The notes under the pieces: generated by a model
Databases searched by the model: none
What the model was told of the DNA's origin: nothing
Seen by the model: the letters and a program-made list of their open reading frames with translations, nothing else
Shown: positions 1 through 10,578 of the stretch, piece after piece
Layout: each line of letters starts with the position of its first letter
How positions within the stretch are numbered: the first letter of the stretch is position 1
Translations under genes and position numbers: made by a program
Source: a virus
Lineage: Duplodnaviria > Caudoviricetes
Direction: 5' to 3' (one strand)
IMG/VR virus record: IMGVR_UViG_3300031994_000046
Coordinates: 1-64,000 of that record
Length of the DNA stretch: 64,000 nt

Positions 1-156
1 TTGAATCTGCTTAATCTTTTCAGTATCCTGAGCAATCCAATTATTAATTTCATCTTCACGGTTTGGAATTTCCTTCAGTATTCTGTTATACTTAGAAATA
101 TTTGATGAATACTGATGTAATTCATTAATCTTTGAAATGATTTCTTCTCTGTTCAT
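1..156 (-). CDS. Hypothetical protein, partial (runs off window edge)
   Basis: ATG at 156, open to position 1: MNREEIISKINELHQYSSNISKYNRILKEIPNREDEINNWIAQD... Confidence 0.6.
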   Translation of the reverse strand, partial: MNREEIISKINELHQYSSNISKYNRILKEIPNREDEINNWIAQDTEKIKQIQ

Positions 157-175
157 ATTTATTTGATTTTAAATG

Positions 176-667
176 TTACTTCTTTACATAAAACTTCTTA
201 TAGAACACATATTTCTTATTCTCAACGAAATCATGCCATGTGCTACTGAAATAAGACCAAGAAATTTCTTTTTCTTTATTCTTATCATTAACTTCATATA
301 GAATTCCTTTACGATACTTATAAGAATATTCTAAATCATGGTCTACATTACAATATCCATCTTTAAGATTACTAGATAATGATACAAATATCTGTACTCC
401 GTCTTTTAATAATTGAACAGCTTCATCTCGTGTTCTAATAATAGATCCTTCTAGTGAATACTTATTTTCAACATCATTATGAATCTTATTTGCCATTTTT
501 GATACTGTACTCATAAAAATAGGCATACTATCATCAGATACAATACAACAAATTTTTGATGCTGAAACATTTTCATCAATATCACTAAATGGTAATGCAG
601 CAAAGAAATATTGCTTAGCTTTAATTACATTCCAAATAATCTTAATCTTTTCTTTAAATACACTCAT
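176..667 (-). CDS. Hypothetical protein
   Basis: 163 aa ORF in a tightly packed minus-strand operon. Confidence 0.7.
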   Translation of the reverse strand: MSVFKEKIKIIWNVIKAKQYFFAALPFSDIDENVSASKICCIVSDDSMPIFMSTVSKMANKIHNDVENKYSLEGSIIRTRDEAVQLLKDGVQIFVSLSSNLKDGYCNVDHDLEYSYKYRKGILYEVNDKNKEKEISWSYFSSTWHDFVENKKYVFYKKFYVKK

Positions 668-675
668 ATTCTTAA

Positions 676-1230
676 TTAATATTTTATTCCATCATAACAT
701 ACAAAATTATATATATCGTCTTCAACATAATATTGTCCAAATCTTCTCATTAACCCATATTTTGTTTCTTTTGTAAACTCGTTTTCTTCATTTACAAATT
801 GTATGTCTTCTTTAGGAACAAATCTGAATTTTCCTTTTCCTTTTTTGTCAAAATAGAATATCTCAGCAACCTTCATTTTCTTCCAAGGATGCTTATTATT
901 TATTCTTTCAAATAATCTTAAAACTTTTACTTTAATATTTGAATTATCAATATTTTCCCATATTGCAGTATCTGAAGTCAAATCAAGTTCTTTATTATAG
1001 CATAATGTATGATCTAACCAAAATTGTGCATCTTTCTTATTATCCCACAATTTTGATTCATCATACCATTGCTCATTAACTTTATATTGAATATTAGGAG
1101 AACAATATCCTTCATGATCAATATAATCTACTTTTATAGATACTTCCTGAACATATCCTTTCTTCACATAGTTCTTGTAAATAAAATATACTTCTTGGTC
1201 TGGCTTATATTCAAAACTTATACTATACAT
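676..1230 (-). CDS. Hypothetical phage protein
   Basis: 184 aa ORF directly downstream of a promoter motif. Confidence 0.7.
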   Translation of the reverse strand: MYSISFEYKPDQEVYFIYKNYVKKGYVQEVSIKVDYIDHEGYCSPNIQYKVNEQWYDESKLWDNKKDAQFWLDHTLCYNKELDLTSDTAIWENIDNSNIKVKVLRLFERINNKHPWKKMKVAEIFYFDKKGKGKFRFVPKEDIQFVNEENEFTKETKYGLMRRFGQYYVEDDIYNFVCYDGIKY

Positions 1231-1254
1231 ATTTATGTTTTTAAATTATATATA

Positions 1255-1282
1255 AATATAGATTTTTTCAAATAAAATTCAA
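1255..1282 (-). promoter_or_regulatory. Sigma70-like phage promoter (TTGAAT-N16-TATATT)
   Basis: Member of a recurring TTGWA..N16-18..cTATWTT motif upstream of minus-strand non-structural operons. Confidence 0.55.
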
Positions 1283-1313
1283 AAATAGATAGTAACAAAG
1301 TTACTATCTATTT
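1283..1313 (-). terminator. Intrinsic terminator overlapping the IMPDH/GMPR stop codon
   Basis: aaatagatagtaac-aaa-gttactatctattt, 14-bp perfect stem. Confidence 0.65.
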
Positions 1314-2626
1314 ACTGCTTGTATTTCAGATATACTATTTACAATCAATTCCGGTTTACCTATGAATTCCTTTAACTTCTTGCAATCTGTATATGACATT
1401 GCAGATCTTAAATAAGATATCATATTCTCAACCCATCCTGATAATGTATATTTTACTGGTAACCATTTTGTAATTCCTTCAGCTGTTTTAGTCTTTTCAC
1501 CATTCATAGATTTCTGTCCATCTGCAGAAGCCATACCAAAGAATTTTACATCAATATGTCCTATGAATTTTAATTCATGAAGTTCTTTAAGTTTTTCTTC
1601 ATATTTAAGAACTGCTAATTTATATTCTGTATCATTTGGTGATAATGTTCCAAGATTAACATTTGCTTTCATATTATCCATTGAAGTCTTCCAAGGTTTT
1701 ATGTTTTCTTCAATAAACTCTTCAGTATATGTTCCCCACCAATTATCATTTACTAATTTAAAGTTTTTATATCTTTCTAATGGGTATGTTAATCTAATCT
1801 TTTCTTTATTAGTTGTCTTTTTACCAGCAGATTCAATACATTGTGCAAATAGACTACCAATCATTACATAGTCTGCACCTAATGCTAATGCTTTGATTAC
1901 ATGATCATAATTCCTTATTCCACCATCAGCAACAATTGCAGGATATTTTATTACGGATTTATTTTCAAATTTATCTTTAATCTGTTTACATTCATGAATT
2001 AATGATGCCTGAGGGTAATGGATGCTGCAGTTACTCGTAGTGATGCATCCTGAACCGCCACCTATACCAACACGAATAAAATCTACAGCAGTTGTATAAT
2101 ATCCTTCATTATCAATATATTTAGCGTTCTTACATATCCATTTATATGTTTCTGCATTAGCAATATTACCTGTCATAATAGTCAATTTATAATCATTAGC
2201 CCTTGCTTTCAATTTTGCAGTAATGCATTTTTCATATAATGATTTCATATGACCATTAGCAATATCTATAACAACGAAATAATGTGTTCTAAAATCGCCA
2301 ATTCTATCTTTATGATTTTTTATAAAAAGATCTTCAAATTCTTTTAATGATAATGCTACCCAAGTCTGTTCATTCATTAATTTCTTACGAATCTCAAAAT
2401 CAATGTTTCTTGGTAATATTGGTGTTATTCCATTTTCTAAAAACGTGTCTAAATTATCTTCATTAACTACACTTGCCATTGGAGAAGCAAATATAGGAAG
2501 GAATTTATTTTCTGAAAATAGATTACATATAAATGGATCACATTCAGATCTAGAATTAATGTTTGAAATAGTTGAAGGAACGATTGTTATATCGTTATAT
2601 GAATAACCAATTTTTGATAATAACAT
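1304..2626 (-). CDS. IMP dehydrogenase / GMP reductase family protein (no CBS domains, large flap insertion)
   Basis: YSYNDITIVP, ASPMASV, IDIANGH, MTGNIA, RVGIGGGSGCITT (catalytic Cys loop), IVADGGIR, KALALGADYVMIG, FFGMAS, AEG, LRSAMSY. Confidence 0.9.
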   Translation of the reverse strand: MLLSKIGYSYNDITIVPSTISNINSRSECDPFICNLFSENKFLPIFASPMASVVNEDNLDTFLENGITPILPRNIDFEIRKKLMNEQTWVALSLKEFEDLFIKNHKDRIGDFRTHYFVVIDIANGHMKSLYEKCITAKLKARANDYKLTIMTGNIANAETYKWICKNAKYIDNEGYYTTAVDFIRVGIGGGSGCITTSNCSIHYPQASLIHECKQIKDKFENKSVIKYPAIVADGGIRNYDHVIKALALGADYVMIGSLFAQCIESAGKKTTNKEKIRLTYPLERYKNFKLVNDNWWGTYTEEFIEENIKPWKTSMDNMKANVNLGTLSPNDTEYKLAVLKYEEKLKELHELKFIGHIDVKFFGMASADGQKSMNGEKTKTAEGITKWLPVKYTLSGWVENMISYLRSAMSYTDCKKLKEFIGKPELIVNSISEIQAVNR

Positions 2627-2651
2627 ATTATTAATTTAATTTAATATTAAT

Positions 2652-2759
2652 TTAAAAATCTTTTTCTGGTGGTACCTCTGGTGCATTATAAGTTTCATAT
2701 ACCCATAAACATATTCCAAAAATAAATATTGCACCAATTATATAAAATATAATGTTCAT
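2652..2759 (-). CDS. Small membrane protein (35 aa, not in ORF track)
   Basis: MNIIFYIIGAIFIFGICLWVYETYNAPEVPPEKDF; fills the gap between MTase and GMPR; single hydrophobic helix. Confidence 0.6.
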   Translation of the reverse strand: MNIIFYIIGAIFIFGICLWVYETYNAPEVPPEKDF

Positions 2760-2760
2760 A

Positions 2761-4065
2761 TTAATGTTCGTATTTAATTTCTGATTGTTTAATATTATCA
2801 AAGAATCTTACTGATTTCTTTTCATCCAAGTCGTTATCTCGTTCATATGCTCGTAATGCTTCAGATATAATCCAATATGTTGTACGAACTGGAACATTTT
2901 GACCAATCTGTGCATAACCTCTATATTTGTCGCCTTGAAGTTCAAAATCATGTGGCATACCCATCAAATGCAAAAGTTCTCTTATGTTCAATAATCTGTC
3001 TTCGTCATAATGTATACAACTTTGAACCATCTTAAACATTACAGCAGGACAAATACCATCTTCTTTCAATAATCTTGGCAATGAATGATAGACACCCTTT
3101 CCTTGAGACATCTTAAAATTGAAATGATCAACAAAGTGAATCATGTATTCTTTTCTCTTAGGCCATATACTCTCATATTTTGCAGTATAATCTAATATAT
3201 CATTCCAAAGTTTATTCTTAATTATATATTTGAATATATCATCACCAACTTCATTTCTCCAATTTTCTCCAAACTTATCTTTAAGATATCCTACAATATA
3301 ATGATTTACACAGTTAACAAATTCCATGTTCAAATCACCATCTTTATTAATTGCATCTTTTGGAATTCTATCAAAATATTCTTTAAGTGTTGTCTCAATT
3401 CTTTCAAACTCCATCTTAGGAGCAAAATCCTTCTTATAGAATATTATGAATGTACGTTTACGTGTCTGACAGTTATCGTGATATTTTGTATCTGTCTTAT
3501 AATAGTTTATTGAATAACCGTTTTCTTTTGCAAGCTCTTCTAATTTAACTCTTATATATTCTCCACGAATACCCATAAATGTTGGTGCATTCTCAAATAT
3601 ATAAATCTTAGGTTGAATGACTCTTAATGCATATTTAGCAATCCATATCATATTACAGTTTCTTGCTTCTAATGCTTCCTTTGATCCTTTCGTAGCTGTT
3701 GATAATCCTGAACATACTGGTACAGCTACACATAAATCCATGTTCGAATAATCTAATTCTTTATCAGGATTCAATGTCCAAAGACTATGATTCAATATTT
3801 CAGGATTCATATCATCATCATTCTGGAATGGCTTACGATTAAACACTTTATATTCTGGTCGGCGATTCACTTTATTCAAATAAGTCATTAAGTGATATTC
3901 ATTTCCACAACCAACAACCTCATTAGTTTCTTTATCAGTTACAGTATCACCAAATCCAGGGTAAGACAATATAAACTCTGCTGGGTGTCCAATTACTTTT
4001 TCTGTACCTAAGTACATACCACCAGTCAATGGTTGTATTGAACACCATTTAATATTTTTCTCCAT
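2761..4065 (-). CDS. dcm: C5 DNA cytosine methyltransferase, divergent motif I/IV
   Basis: Motif order: IQPLTGGM (I), VPVCSGLS (IV), FENAP (VI), QTRKRTFII (VIII), RLLNIRELLHLMGMPHDF (IX), QIGQNVP (X). Confidence 0.85.
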   Translation of the reverse strand: MEKNIKWCSIQPLTGGMYLGTEKVIGHPAEFILSYPGFGDTVTDKETNEVVGCGNEYHLMTYLNKVNRRPEYKVFNRKPFQNDDDMNPEILNHSLWTLNPDKELDYSNMDLCVAVPVCSGLSTATKGSKEALEARNCNMIWIAKYALRVIQPKIYIFENAPTFMGIRGEYIRVKLEELAKENGYSINYYKTDTKYHDNCQTRKRTFIIFYKKDFAPKMEFERIETTLKEYFDRIPKDAINKDGDLNMEFVNCVNHYIVGYLKDKFGENWRNEVGDDIFKYIIKNKLWNDILDYTAKYESIWPKRKEYMIHFVDHFNFKMSQGKGVYHSLPRLLKEDGICPAVMFKMVQSCIHYDEDRLLNIRELLHLMGMPHDFELQGDKYRGYAQIGQNVPVRTTYWIISEALRAYERDNDLDEKKSVRFFDNIKQSEIKYEH

Positions 4066-4098
4066 ATATTACTAATTATTTTTTTATGTTTATAAAAT

Positions 4099-4127
4099 AA
4101 AATAGAATATATAAAATAAATTTACAA
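4099..4127 (-). promoter_or_regulatory. Sigma70-like phage promoter (TTGTAA-N17-TATTTT)
   Basis: Recurring motif, upstream of the MTase operon. Confidence 0.5.
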
Positions 4128-4160
4128 AATTTTGAATATATATTAAAAAATTAATTAAAA

Positions 4161-4238
4161 ATTCTGCTTCTAAGATGTTAAAAATTTAAATATATAAAAC
4201 TATATATCAAGTAAATTTTAACATCTTAGAAGCAGAAT
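4161..4238. repeat. Long intergenic inverted repeat (23-bp perfect arms)
   Basis: attctgcttctaagatgttaaaa (4161-4183) / ttttaacatcttagaagcagaat (4216-4238). Confidence 0.9.
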
Positions 4239-4279
4239 CTAAGTCGTTATCGAAGATTTTAGTAATAATTGTTTACATT

Positions 4280-4903
4280 TTATTTTTCATCTATTTGTAA
4301 GAATTCAAAATCAAAATCTGAATATTTGAATTCTACTTTAAATGTTTGTGACTGTGCAACTGGTTGAGTATAATCAAATGATAACATATCCATAGCATTA
4401 ATCAATGGATGCATAAGTTTAATTCTTGAATATACAGAACCAATTTCATTTAAAATATCAACATATAAATAATCATTGATTTCTTTTGTCTGTGTATCTC
4501 TTGAATACATATACCAAAAATTTTCAAAGATGATGAAATAGTTTAAATAACCTAATGTATGTTTGAATTCTACATTTAAAGTCATATCTGTCAACGCAAT
4601 AGGAGAAACCTCAGAACGATATGAGAATGGCGCCTGAGGATATAAAAAATCATTTTCTTTAACACGTCTTGGATTAATCAATGGCTGGTCTCCACGTGAA
4701 GACTGGTCTTGTTGTATTGTGGCATTCTGAAATCCTAACACTTCAACTCTTTGAATAGTCTCATTAATGAAATCAATAGGATCTAAAAAATAACTATGTT
4801 TATCTTTAAGAATCTTAGTATACTTTTCTTCTATTGTTTCATGTAAGAAATGCTTAGGAAACAATAACCTAAATCCATCTTGTCTACCTTTTAATGCTAA
4901 CAT
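4280..4903 (-). CDS. Tail-tube-fold protein, T4 gp3-like tail completion/terminator candidate
   Basis: TLNVEF...NY...FW, VDILNE, and C-terminal LSFDY...TFKVEFKYSDF pattern typical of the gp3/gp19 fold; downstream of tape measure. Confidence 0.5.
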   Translation of the reverse strand: MLALKGRQDGFRLLFPKHFLHETIEEKYTKILKDKHSYFLDPIDFINETIQRVEVLGFQNATIQQDQSSRGDQPLINPRRVKENDFLYPQAPFSYRSEVSPIALTDMTLNVEFKHTLGYLNYFIIFENFWYMYSRDTQTKEINDYLYVDILNEIGSVYSRIKLMHPLINAMDMLSFDYTQPVAQSQTFKVEFKYSDFDFEFLQIDEK

Positions 4904-4904
4904 A

Positions 4905-5126
4905 TTATATAAGTATTGTCTTAACTATTTTTATTTCATCTAATGGTATTTCAATAACTTCTTTTGTTATTGAATTGTTTTTCATTATTTTCTTACCACT
5001 ATTAAATATGTTGTCTAATTCTTCCTTAGTCAAAGGATGTGAATTGATTTTATTTTCTTTATAGTATAAATTAAAATATCTCACCTCTATATATAATATT
5101 AATTTATGATGTCCAAATACTATCAC
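4905..5126 (-). CDS. Hypothetical protein (start uncertain)
   Basis: Fills the gap between tape measure and gp3-like gene; GTG start, alternative GTG near 5084. Confidence 0.5.
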   Translation of the reverse strand: MIVFGHHKLILYIEVRYFNLYYKENKINSHPLTKEELDNIFNSGKKIMKNNSITKEVIEIPLDEIKIVKTILI

Positions 5127-8100
5127 TCATGTGTTTCTTCATTAAGTTTACAAATTCATCAGCAGTCAATGGTTTAGCACTACCTACACCATTTTTAATC
5201 TTTTCCTTTTCAGCATCACCAGCTCCTTGATTTGGTGTTTCTGGAGATTCTAATTCTGCTGTTGTATTTCCACTTCCACCTCCTGTATTAGTTTCACCAG
5301 GATATTTTATTGTACCAGGAGCACCAGATGATAATTGTTCAGGTTCTTCTTTCTTACCAATTTCAACAATCATATGTTGACTCATTATTTCTTTAACCTT
5401 CTTAATATTGCTTTCAATTAATTTCTTTCTACGTTCCTGAAGTTCATGAGCATTTCTAATGACTGCTTCTGCAGTTCTTAACTGATTGACTAATTCTAAT
5501 AATACAACAGTAACTTTATTTGCTAATGCATCAGTAAGTTCATCTAAATTTCCAAATTTACTTGCAATTTCATTTAATGCCTGTGTTAACTGACTTAATG
5601 AAGATATCTTGCTAAGATCTAATGTGTTAATAGCTTGAATGAATCTTTCAGTATCATTAACAAATTCTTTAAAGAATAAGTTTTTATTAATGAATTGTGT
5701 TGTCATATAAAGATTAATCATTCCTTCAGTCAACATAATTAAGTTAGTCTGAGCGGTAGAATCATACTTGACAATAGAATTAATGAAATCATCTATAATT
5801 TTTGCAAATTGACCAAATACTTCAAATTTTTGTTTACTTTCATTTATTTTTGTAAGTTTCTTATTATCTAACTGCATAACACCATCAATAAGACCCATAA
5901 GATTCTGTAATCCTAATCTTAATTGCCAAATATAAACAGTGTCAGATATTAAATCTAATCCAGATTTTTTAGATTGAATTATATCAGTTATCTTTGTTAT
6001 AGAATTCAATATTGCTATAACATCTTTTGAGAATACATCAATAGATTTAACTGATTTGTTGATGTCACCAATACTATCATTCAAATGTTCTGCAAATGTT
6101 TTTTCTCCTTTAAAGAATTTTCCAAGAATACTACGAGATCCTGGTTGTGGTTTTAAGAACAATCCAACAATATCACATATACTTTCCATTATACCTTTGA
6201 TAGATTCTAATACACCAGGATTCTTAGGATCCTTATTATTCATCTTCTTAAGTATTTCTGAAAATTTCTTATCTGATAATTTCTTAATGACATCAGCAAT
6301 ATTTATTAATGCTTGTGATGTGATATTAATTGATTTAGCAGCAATTAATGCTGGAGAATCCTCACCCATCGCAAAATAAATAGCATTTTTACCATTAACA
6401 GTGTTAAATATAGCTTGTCCTATAGCAGTTAAAACATTTTCAATATTTTGTTTTGCTTCTCCTAATGATGCATCATTCAATGATATATAACCTTTTGGTT
6501 TTCCTTTATCATCAAATCCATTTGGTATAGCCATACTAGACCATTGTTTTATTCCTTCAGCTATACTAGATAATACATCACCACTATATTTAAAACTTTC
6601 CATGACGACTCTAAATGGACTTTTACCACTTAAGAATCCTTCAGCAAACATATCTTTATTCTTAGGATCATCAATAACATTTCTTATAGCTGTCCCAATT
6701 GCTTCTATAACGTTACCTATATTAGTTATAGCTTCAGAAATTTCAGGATTAGTTAATTTACGATATCCTTTTTTCTCTCCAGTTTTTGGATCAATATCTG
6801 GAACCCACATGTTTGCCCAGTCTTTAACAACATTACCAATCATTGATAAAGCACCAATACCCATCATAACACCAGGCATAATAGTAGGTAACTTTGCAGC
6901 CATTTTTAAAGATACCTTATCACATAATAATTTTAATACATTACCGAATGCATTAATCATTTCCATCATGGGTTGAACATTATTACCATCTTTAAATATT
7001 TTTGCAGCTTTATCTAAATTCATCATAGAATTAGCTATAGCGTTGATAACTTTTGCAGCACCCCACACTAAGCCTTCCAATGTAGCTAATACTGCAGCAC
7101 CACCAGCAGCTATTAATAATGCAGCACCACCTGTTCCATATACTATGCCACCAATTATACCCATAACAGTACCAACAGCACCAAACACTAATCCCATCTG
7201 ACCTAATCCATTAAGAAGATCTTCCCAATGAACATCAAATAACATATCGCTTATTTCTTTAACTACCCATGCTGCTCCGTATGCTATAGCACCTATTATA
7301 ACAACACCGACTGCACCTAAAGCAAGATCTCCAATTTTCTTACCAACAAATTTTAATAGATATGTCATACCAAATATGAATCCAGCTAATAAAACAGCAA
7401 ATCCAAAAACATGCAACCACCAATCATTACCAATTGATTCATATAATAAAATAGGCCCAGCAATTAAAGCAGCTGCAGCAACACCAATTGCAACTGATAA
7501 TGCCAATGCACCTAATATAGATGATTTACCATTCTTATTAGCTAATGATAATGCCCATCCAACTATAAGAACAAATCCACCTAAGGCTATTCCCCATACA
7601 GCAATTGCTCCTAATCGTTCCCAATAGTTACTTCCTAATTCACCTCCATAAAGATTAATAAGTGCAGGACCTAATAACATTGCTGCAGCAGATACAGTAA
7701 CTAATATAGCGAATTCTTTAGCACCTTTTAATGCCTTATTAAATATCCAGCTTAATCCACACCAAACAGCCCCAAATATTGAAACAAATGCAAATAACAT
7801 TATTCCAAATTTAACGATAGGTTTCCAGTTTTCCAAAAGCCAATTTCCTATTAATGCACCTAATATTAATAATCCTGCAGATACACCTAATAATGTGGAA
7901 AATTCTTTTGCACCTTTCATTGCATTTCCGAACCATTTATTAAGGAATGCATATATACCTAATATTCCAAATATAAATGCTCCTAATGTTAAACTAAATC
8001 CAACTAAATCATCCCAATTAATGAAATGATAAAATAGACTTCCAAGTATTAATGTTCCACCAGATATTGCTATCAATAATCCTAAATCATATGCACTAGT

Positions 8101-10458
8101 AAATGTTTCTTTTACTTTTTCAGCAAAATGTGAATAAATAGCAATTATTCCACTTATGAATAATCCTAATACTGCAGCAAATCCAAATAATTCAGTTATA
8201 TTAACAAATCTCATAAATAATGATCCGAATACTAATACTGCTCCAGATAAAGCAATTAATAATCCGAGATCTTTAGCAGATGAAAATGAGCTTTCTAATT
8301 GATCTTTGCTTATCTTTGAATATACCCATAATATTCCAAATATAAATGCACCTAATGATACAGTAAATGATATTAATGATAAAGGATTAATGAAACTCAT
8401 CATTAATGTTCCAAATAATAAGACTGTTGTAGTTCCTATGACTAATTTCATTAAACTATTAAGCATTTTATTTGCTCCCTTTACATCATCTTCTTTTATC
8501 TGCTTAAATTTATTAGTTATTTCTAAAAGTTTATCAGTTACTCCAAGTATTCCATCTAAACTTTTTTCAGTTACATTTTCTAATAATTTTAAATTTGATA
8601 ACAAAGCAATTTTTGTTATAACCTTATCTAAAATATCGATTTTCTTTATAATATCTTCATTTATATCTACATCATTTTTTATATAATCTACAGTCGTCAT
8701 AAGTACTCTTAATTTAGATTCAATGGCGCCTGAAAATTTAGACATATCAATGCTTTCTAATAATTCAATATCAAGATTATTTAAAATTACTATTAATGAA
8801 TTAACTGCATCAACAAATGAAGTTATTGAATCAATCTTTGCTACAATATTATCACTAAGCTTATCTTCTATATCAGACATCACATAATCATTAAAAGCAT
8901 TAAGTGTTTGTTGTAACCCTTCGAATGTTAATGGTGTCTTGTATTTCTTATCTAATTTAGTTAACTTATTAAATAGTTTATTTACTATAACTAATTCAGT
9001 GTTTACATTAGTAAGTATCTTTAATATATCATTAATCTTTATTGTCCTTATATCTTCATTTACTTTATTTAATGTCTTAAGAATTTCTCCAAAATTTTCA
9101 AGATTTCTTGATATTTCTTTAAAATGATTTCTTTTTGCTTTAAATATATGTATTTTATATTTTTCTTGTAATTCATTTGGAAATAATATTACACTAATTG
9201 CATCAATTTCTTCTTGTATAAATGATAGTTTTATTATGCTTTTAAATATTGACATTATAGATGGCAACATTTTCTGCATATCATCAATACTATTAATTAA
9301 TGTAGTTATATTATTAATTCTTATAATTATATCATCTAAATTATCAAAACTTGTATTTATAGTTTCAATAAGTTTACTTATATCATTTTTTATTAAAGAA
9401 TTTATTAGTTCTATTGTTTCTTCATTATCTTCTAAATCTTTTGGATTTAATTTGAATATTGATAAAATTGAATTAATGCATTTATCTAATTTTTCTGTCT
9501 TATCTCCAAGATCGCTATTATTTTTCAACACATCATTAAGTGTTGTTATTATTGAAGGAATCTTATCTTTAATAAAATCATTTAAATAATTGATAGATAT
9601 CCTACTCCATAATATATCTTTTAAACTTAAAGAAGCTATACTTGGTATTGTATCAATGATATCTCTTAATGCAGATAAATGATCACTTATATCAATATCA
9701 TTTGTTGTTTTATATAATGTATCTATCTTTTCAAGTGTTTCATGTATTTTATTGATATATCCTTTATTAACGAAATCTAATGTTCTTTCAGATTTTTTTA
9801 ATTCATTTAAATTAATTTTTGATATTTCAGATAATGTTTGTATAATCTTACTAATTATATTTACATTATTAACTACATTTTTATCTAATTGACCTGAAAG
9901 ATTATCATTTATTGACTTTAAAAGATTTTTAAATGCAGGCTTACTAATAATTTCTTCCAATTCTTTAAATTTATCATCTTTTACTATTGATAATAAATCC
10001 TTTAAAGATTGTACTGCATTATTAGCATAATCAGATGAGCTAACAACTTTATTTATGTTAGATGATTTATTATCACCTAACATATCTTTAATTTCATTTA
10101 ATGTATCATTAATATTATCTAATTTATCTAAAGATGGATTTGTTATTCTTAAAGCAGCTCCATCAGCTGTTTTTGTAACAGCTTTTGCAATATTATTTAT
10201 ATTAACATATGTTCTCCCAAAAATAGAATTTTTTGGATTTTTAAATATACTTTCTATTTGATTAGGATCTTTTACATATCTACCAAATAATGCAGATGAT
10301 ATTCCTCTAAGGACAACTTCCATTAAATTAACTTCCTCTTCCCTTTCATTACCAGACTTACTTGGTATTTTAATTTTTTTACCAAATACTGATGTATTAT
10401 TCGCTATCTCTCCTAAAAGATCCTTTTGAGATTTGTTCTTAATATTATTATCTGCCAT
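5104..10458 (-). CDS. Tape measure protein (likely)
   Basis: 1784 aa, helical throughout, central Gly/Ala-rich hydrophobic repeats (~63-aa period, SAxDLGLLIAxSG), late-type motif upstream, next to a tail gene. Confidence 0.7.
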   Translation of the reverse strand: MADNNIKNKSQKDLLGEIANNTSVFGKKIKIPSKSGNEREEEVNLMEVVLRGISSALFGRYVKDPNQIESIFKNPKNSIFGRTYVNINNIAKAVTKTADGAALRITNPSLDKLDNINDTLNEIKDMLGDNKSSNINKVVSSSDYANNAVQSLKDLLSIVKDDKFKELEEIISKPAFKNLLKSINDNLSGQLDKNVVNNVNIISKIIQTLSEISKINLNELKKSERTLDFVNKGYINKIHETLEKIDTLYKTTNDIDISDHLSALRDIIDTIPSIASLSLKDILWSRISINYLNDFIKDKIPSIITTLNDVLKNNSDLGDKTEKLDKCINSILSIFKLNPKDLEDNEETIELINSLIKNDISKLIETINTSFDNLDDIIIRINNITTLINSIDDMQKMLPSIMSIFKSIIKLSFIQEEIDAISVILFPNELQEKYKIHIFKAKRNHFKEISRNLENFGEILKTLNKVNEDIRTIKINDILKILTNVNTELVIVNKLFNKLTKLDKKYKTPLTFEGLQQTLNAFNDYVMSDIEDKLSDNIVAKIDSITSFVDAVNSLIVILNNLDIELLESIDMSKFSGAIESKLRVLMTTVDYIKNDVDINEDIIKKIDILDKVITKIALLSNLKLLENVTEKSLDGILGVTDKLLEITNKFKQIKEDDVKGANKMLNSLMKLVIGTTTVLLFGTLMMSFINPLSLISFTVSLGAFIFGILWVYSKISKDQLESSFSSAKDLGLLIALSGAVLVFGSLFMRFVNITELFGFAAVLGLFISGIIAIYSHFAEKVKETFTSAYDLGLLIAISGGTLILGSLFYHFINWDDLVGFSLTLGAFIFGILGIYAFLNKWFGNAMKGAKEFSTLLGVSAGLLILGALIGNWLLENWKPIVKFGIMLFAFVSIFGAVWCGLSWIFNKALKGAKEFAILVTVSAAAMLLGPALINLYGGELGSNYWERLGAIAVWGIALGGFVLIVGWALSLANKNGKSSILGALALSVAIGVAAAALIAGPILLYESIGNDWWLHVFGFAVLLAGFIFGMTYLLKFVGKKIGDLALGAVGVVIIGAIAYGAAWVVKEISDMLFDVHWEDLLNGLGQMGLVFGAVGTVMGIIGGIVYGTGGAALLIAAGGAAVLATLEGLVWGAAKVINAIANSMMNLDKAAKIFKDGNNVQPMMEMINAFGNVLKLLCDKVSLKMAAKLPTIMPGVMMGIGALSMIGNVVKDWANMWVPDIDPKTGEKKGYRKLTNPEISEAITNIGNVIEAIGTAIRNVIDDPKNKDMFAEGFLSGKSPFRVVMESFKYSGDVLSSIAEGIKQWSSMAIPNGFDDKGKPKGYISLNDASLGEAKQNIENVLTAIGQAIFNTVNGKNAIYFAMGEDSPALIAAKSINITSQALINIADVIKKLSDKKFSEILKKMNNKDPKNPGVLESIKGIMESICDIVGLFLKPQPGSRSILGKFFKGEKTFAEHLNDSIGDINKSVKSIDVFSKDVIAILNSITKITDIIQSKKSGLDLISDTVYIWQLRLGLQNLMGLIDGVMQLDNKKLTKINESKQKFEVFGQFAKIIDDFINSIVKYDSTAQTNLIMLTEGMINLYMTTQFINKNLFFKEFVNDTERFIQAINTLDLSKISSLSQLTQALNEIASKFGNLDELTDALANKVTVVLLELVNQLRTAEAVIRNAHELQERRKKLIESNIKKVKEIMSQHMIVEIGKKEEPEQLSSGAPGTIKYPGETNTGGGSGNTTAELESPETPNQGAGDAEKEKIKNGVGSAKPLTADEFVNLMKKHMSDSIWTS

Positions 10459-10523
10459 TTAATATCTTTAAATATCTTATATTATAAATAAAAATAAATA
10501 AAGATATTGAATTTAACATAACA

Positions 10524-10551
10524 AAAGAGGATCATTTAAATGATCCTCTTT
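10524..10551 (-). terminator. Intrinsic terminator (perfect 28-bp palindrome) after ompA
   Basis: aaagaggatcatttaaatgatcctcttt. Confidence 0.8.
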
Positions 10552-10578
10552 ATATTAAAATTATTAAAAATCAAATTC

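Noticed and set aside
6056-10261. Plus-strand ORFs inside the tape measure gene, and similar antisense ORFs in other long genes
   Set aside because: Shadow ORFs from codon bias; fully nested antisense, with no motifs or expression signals.
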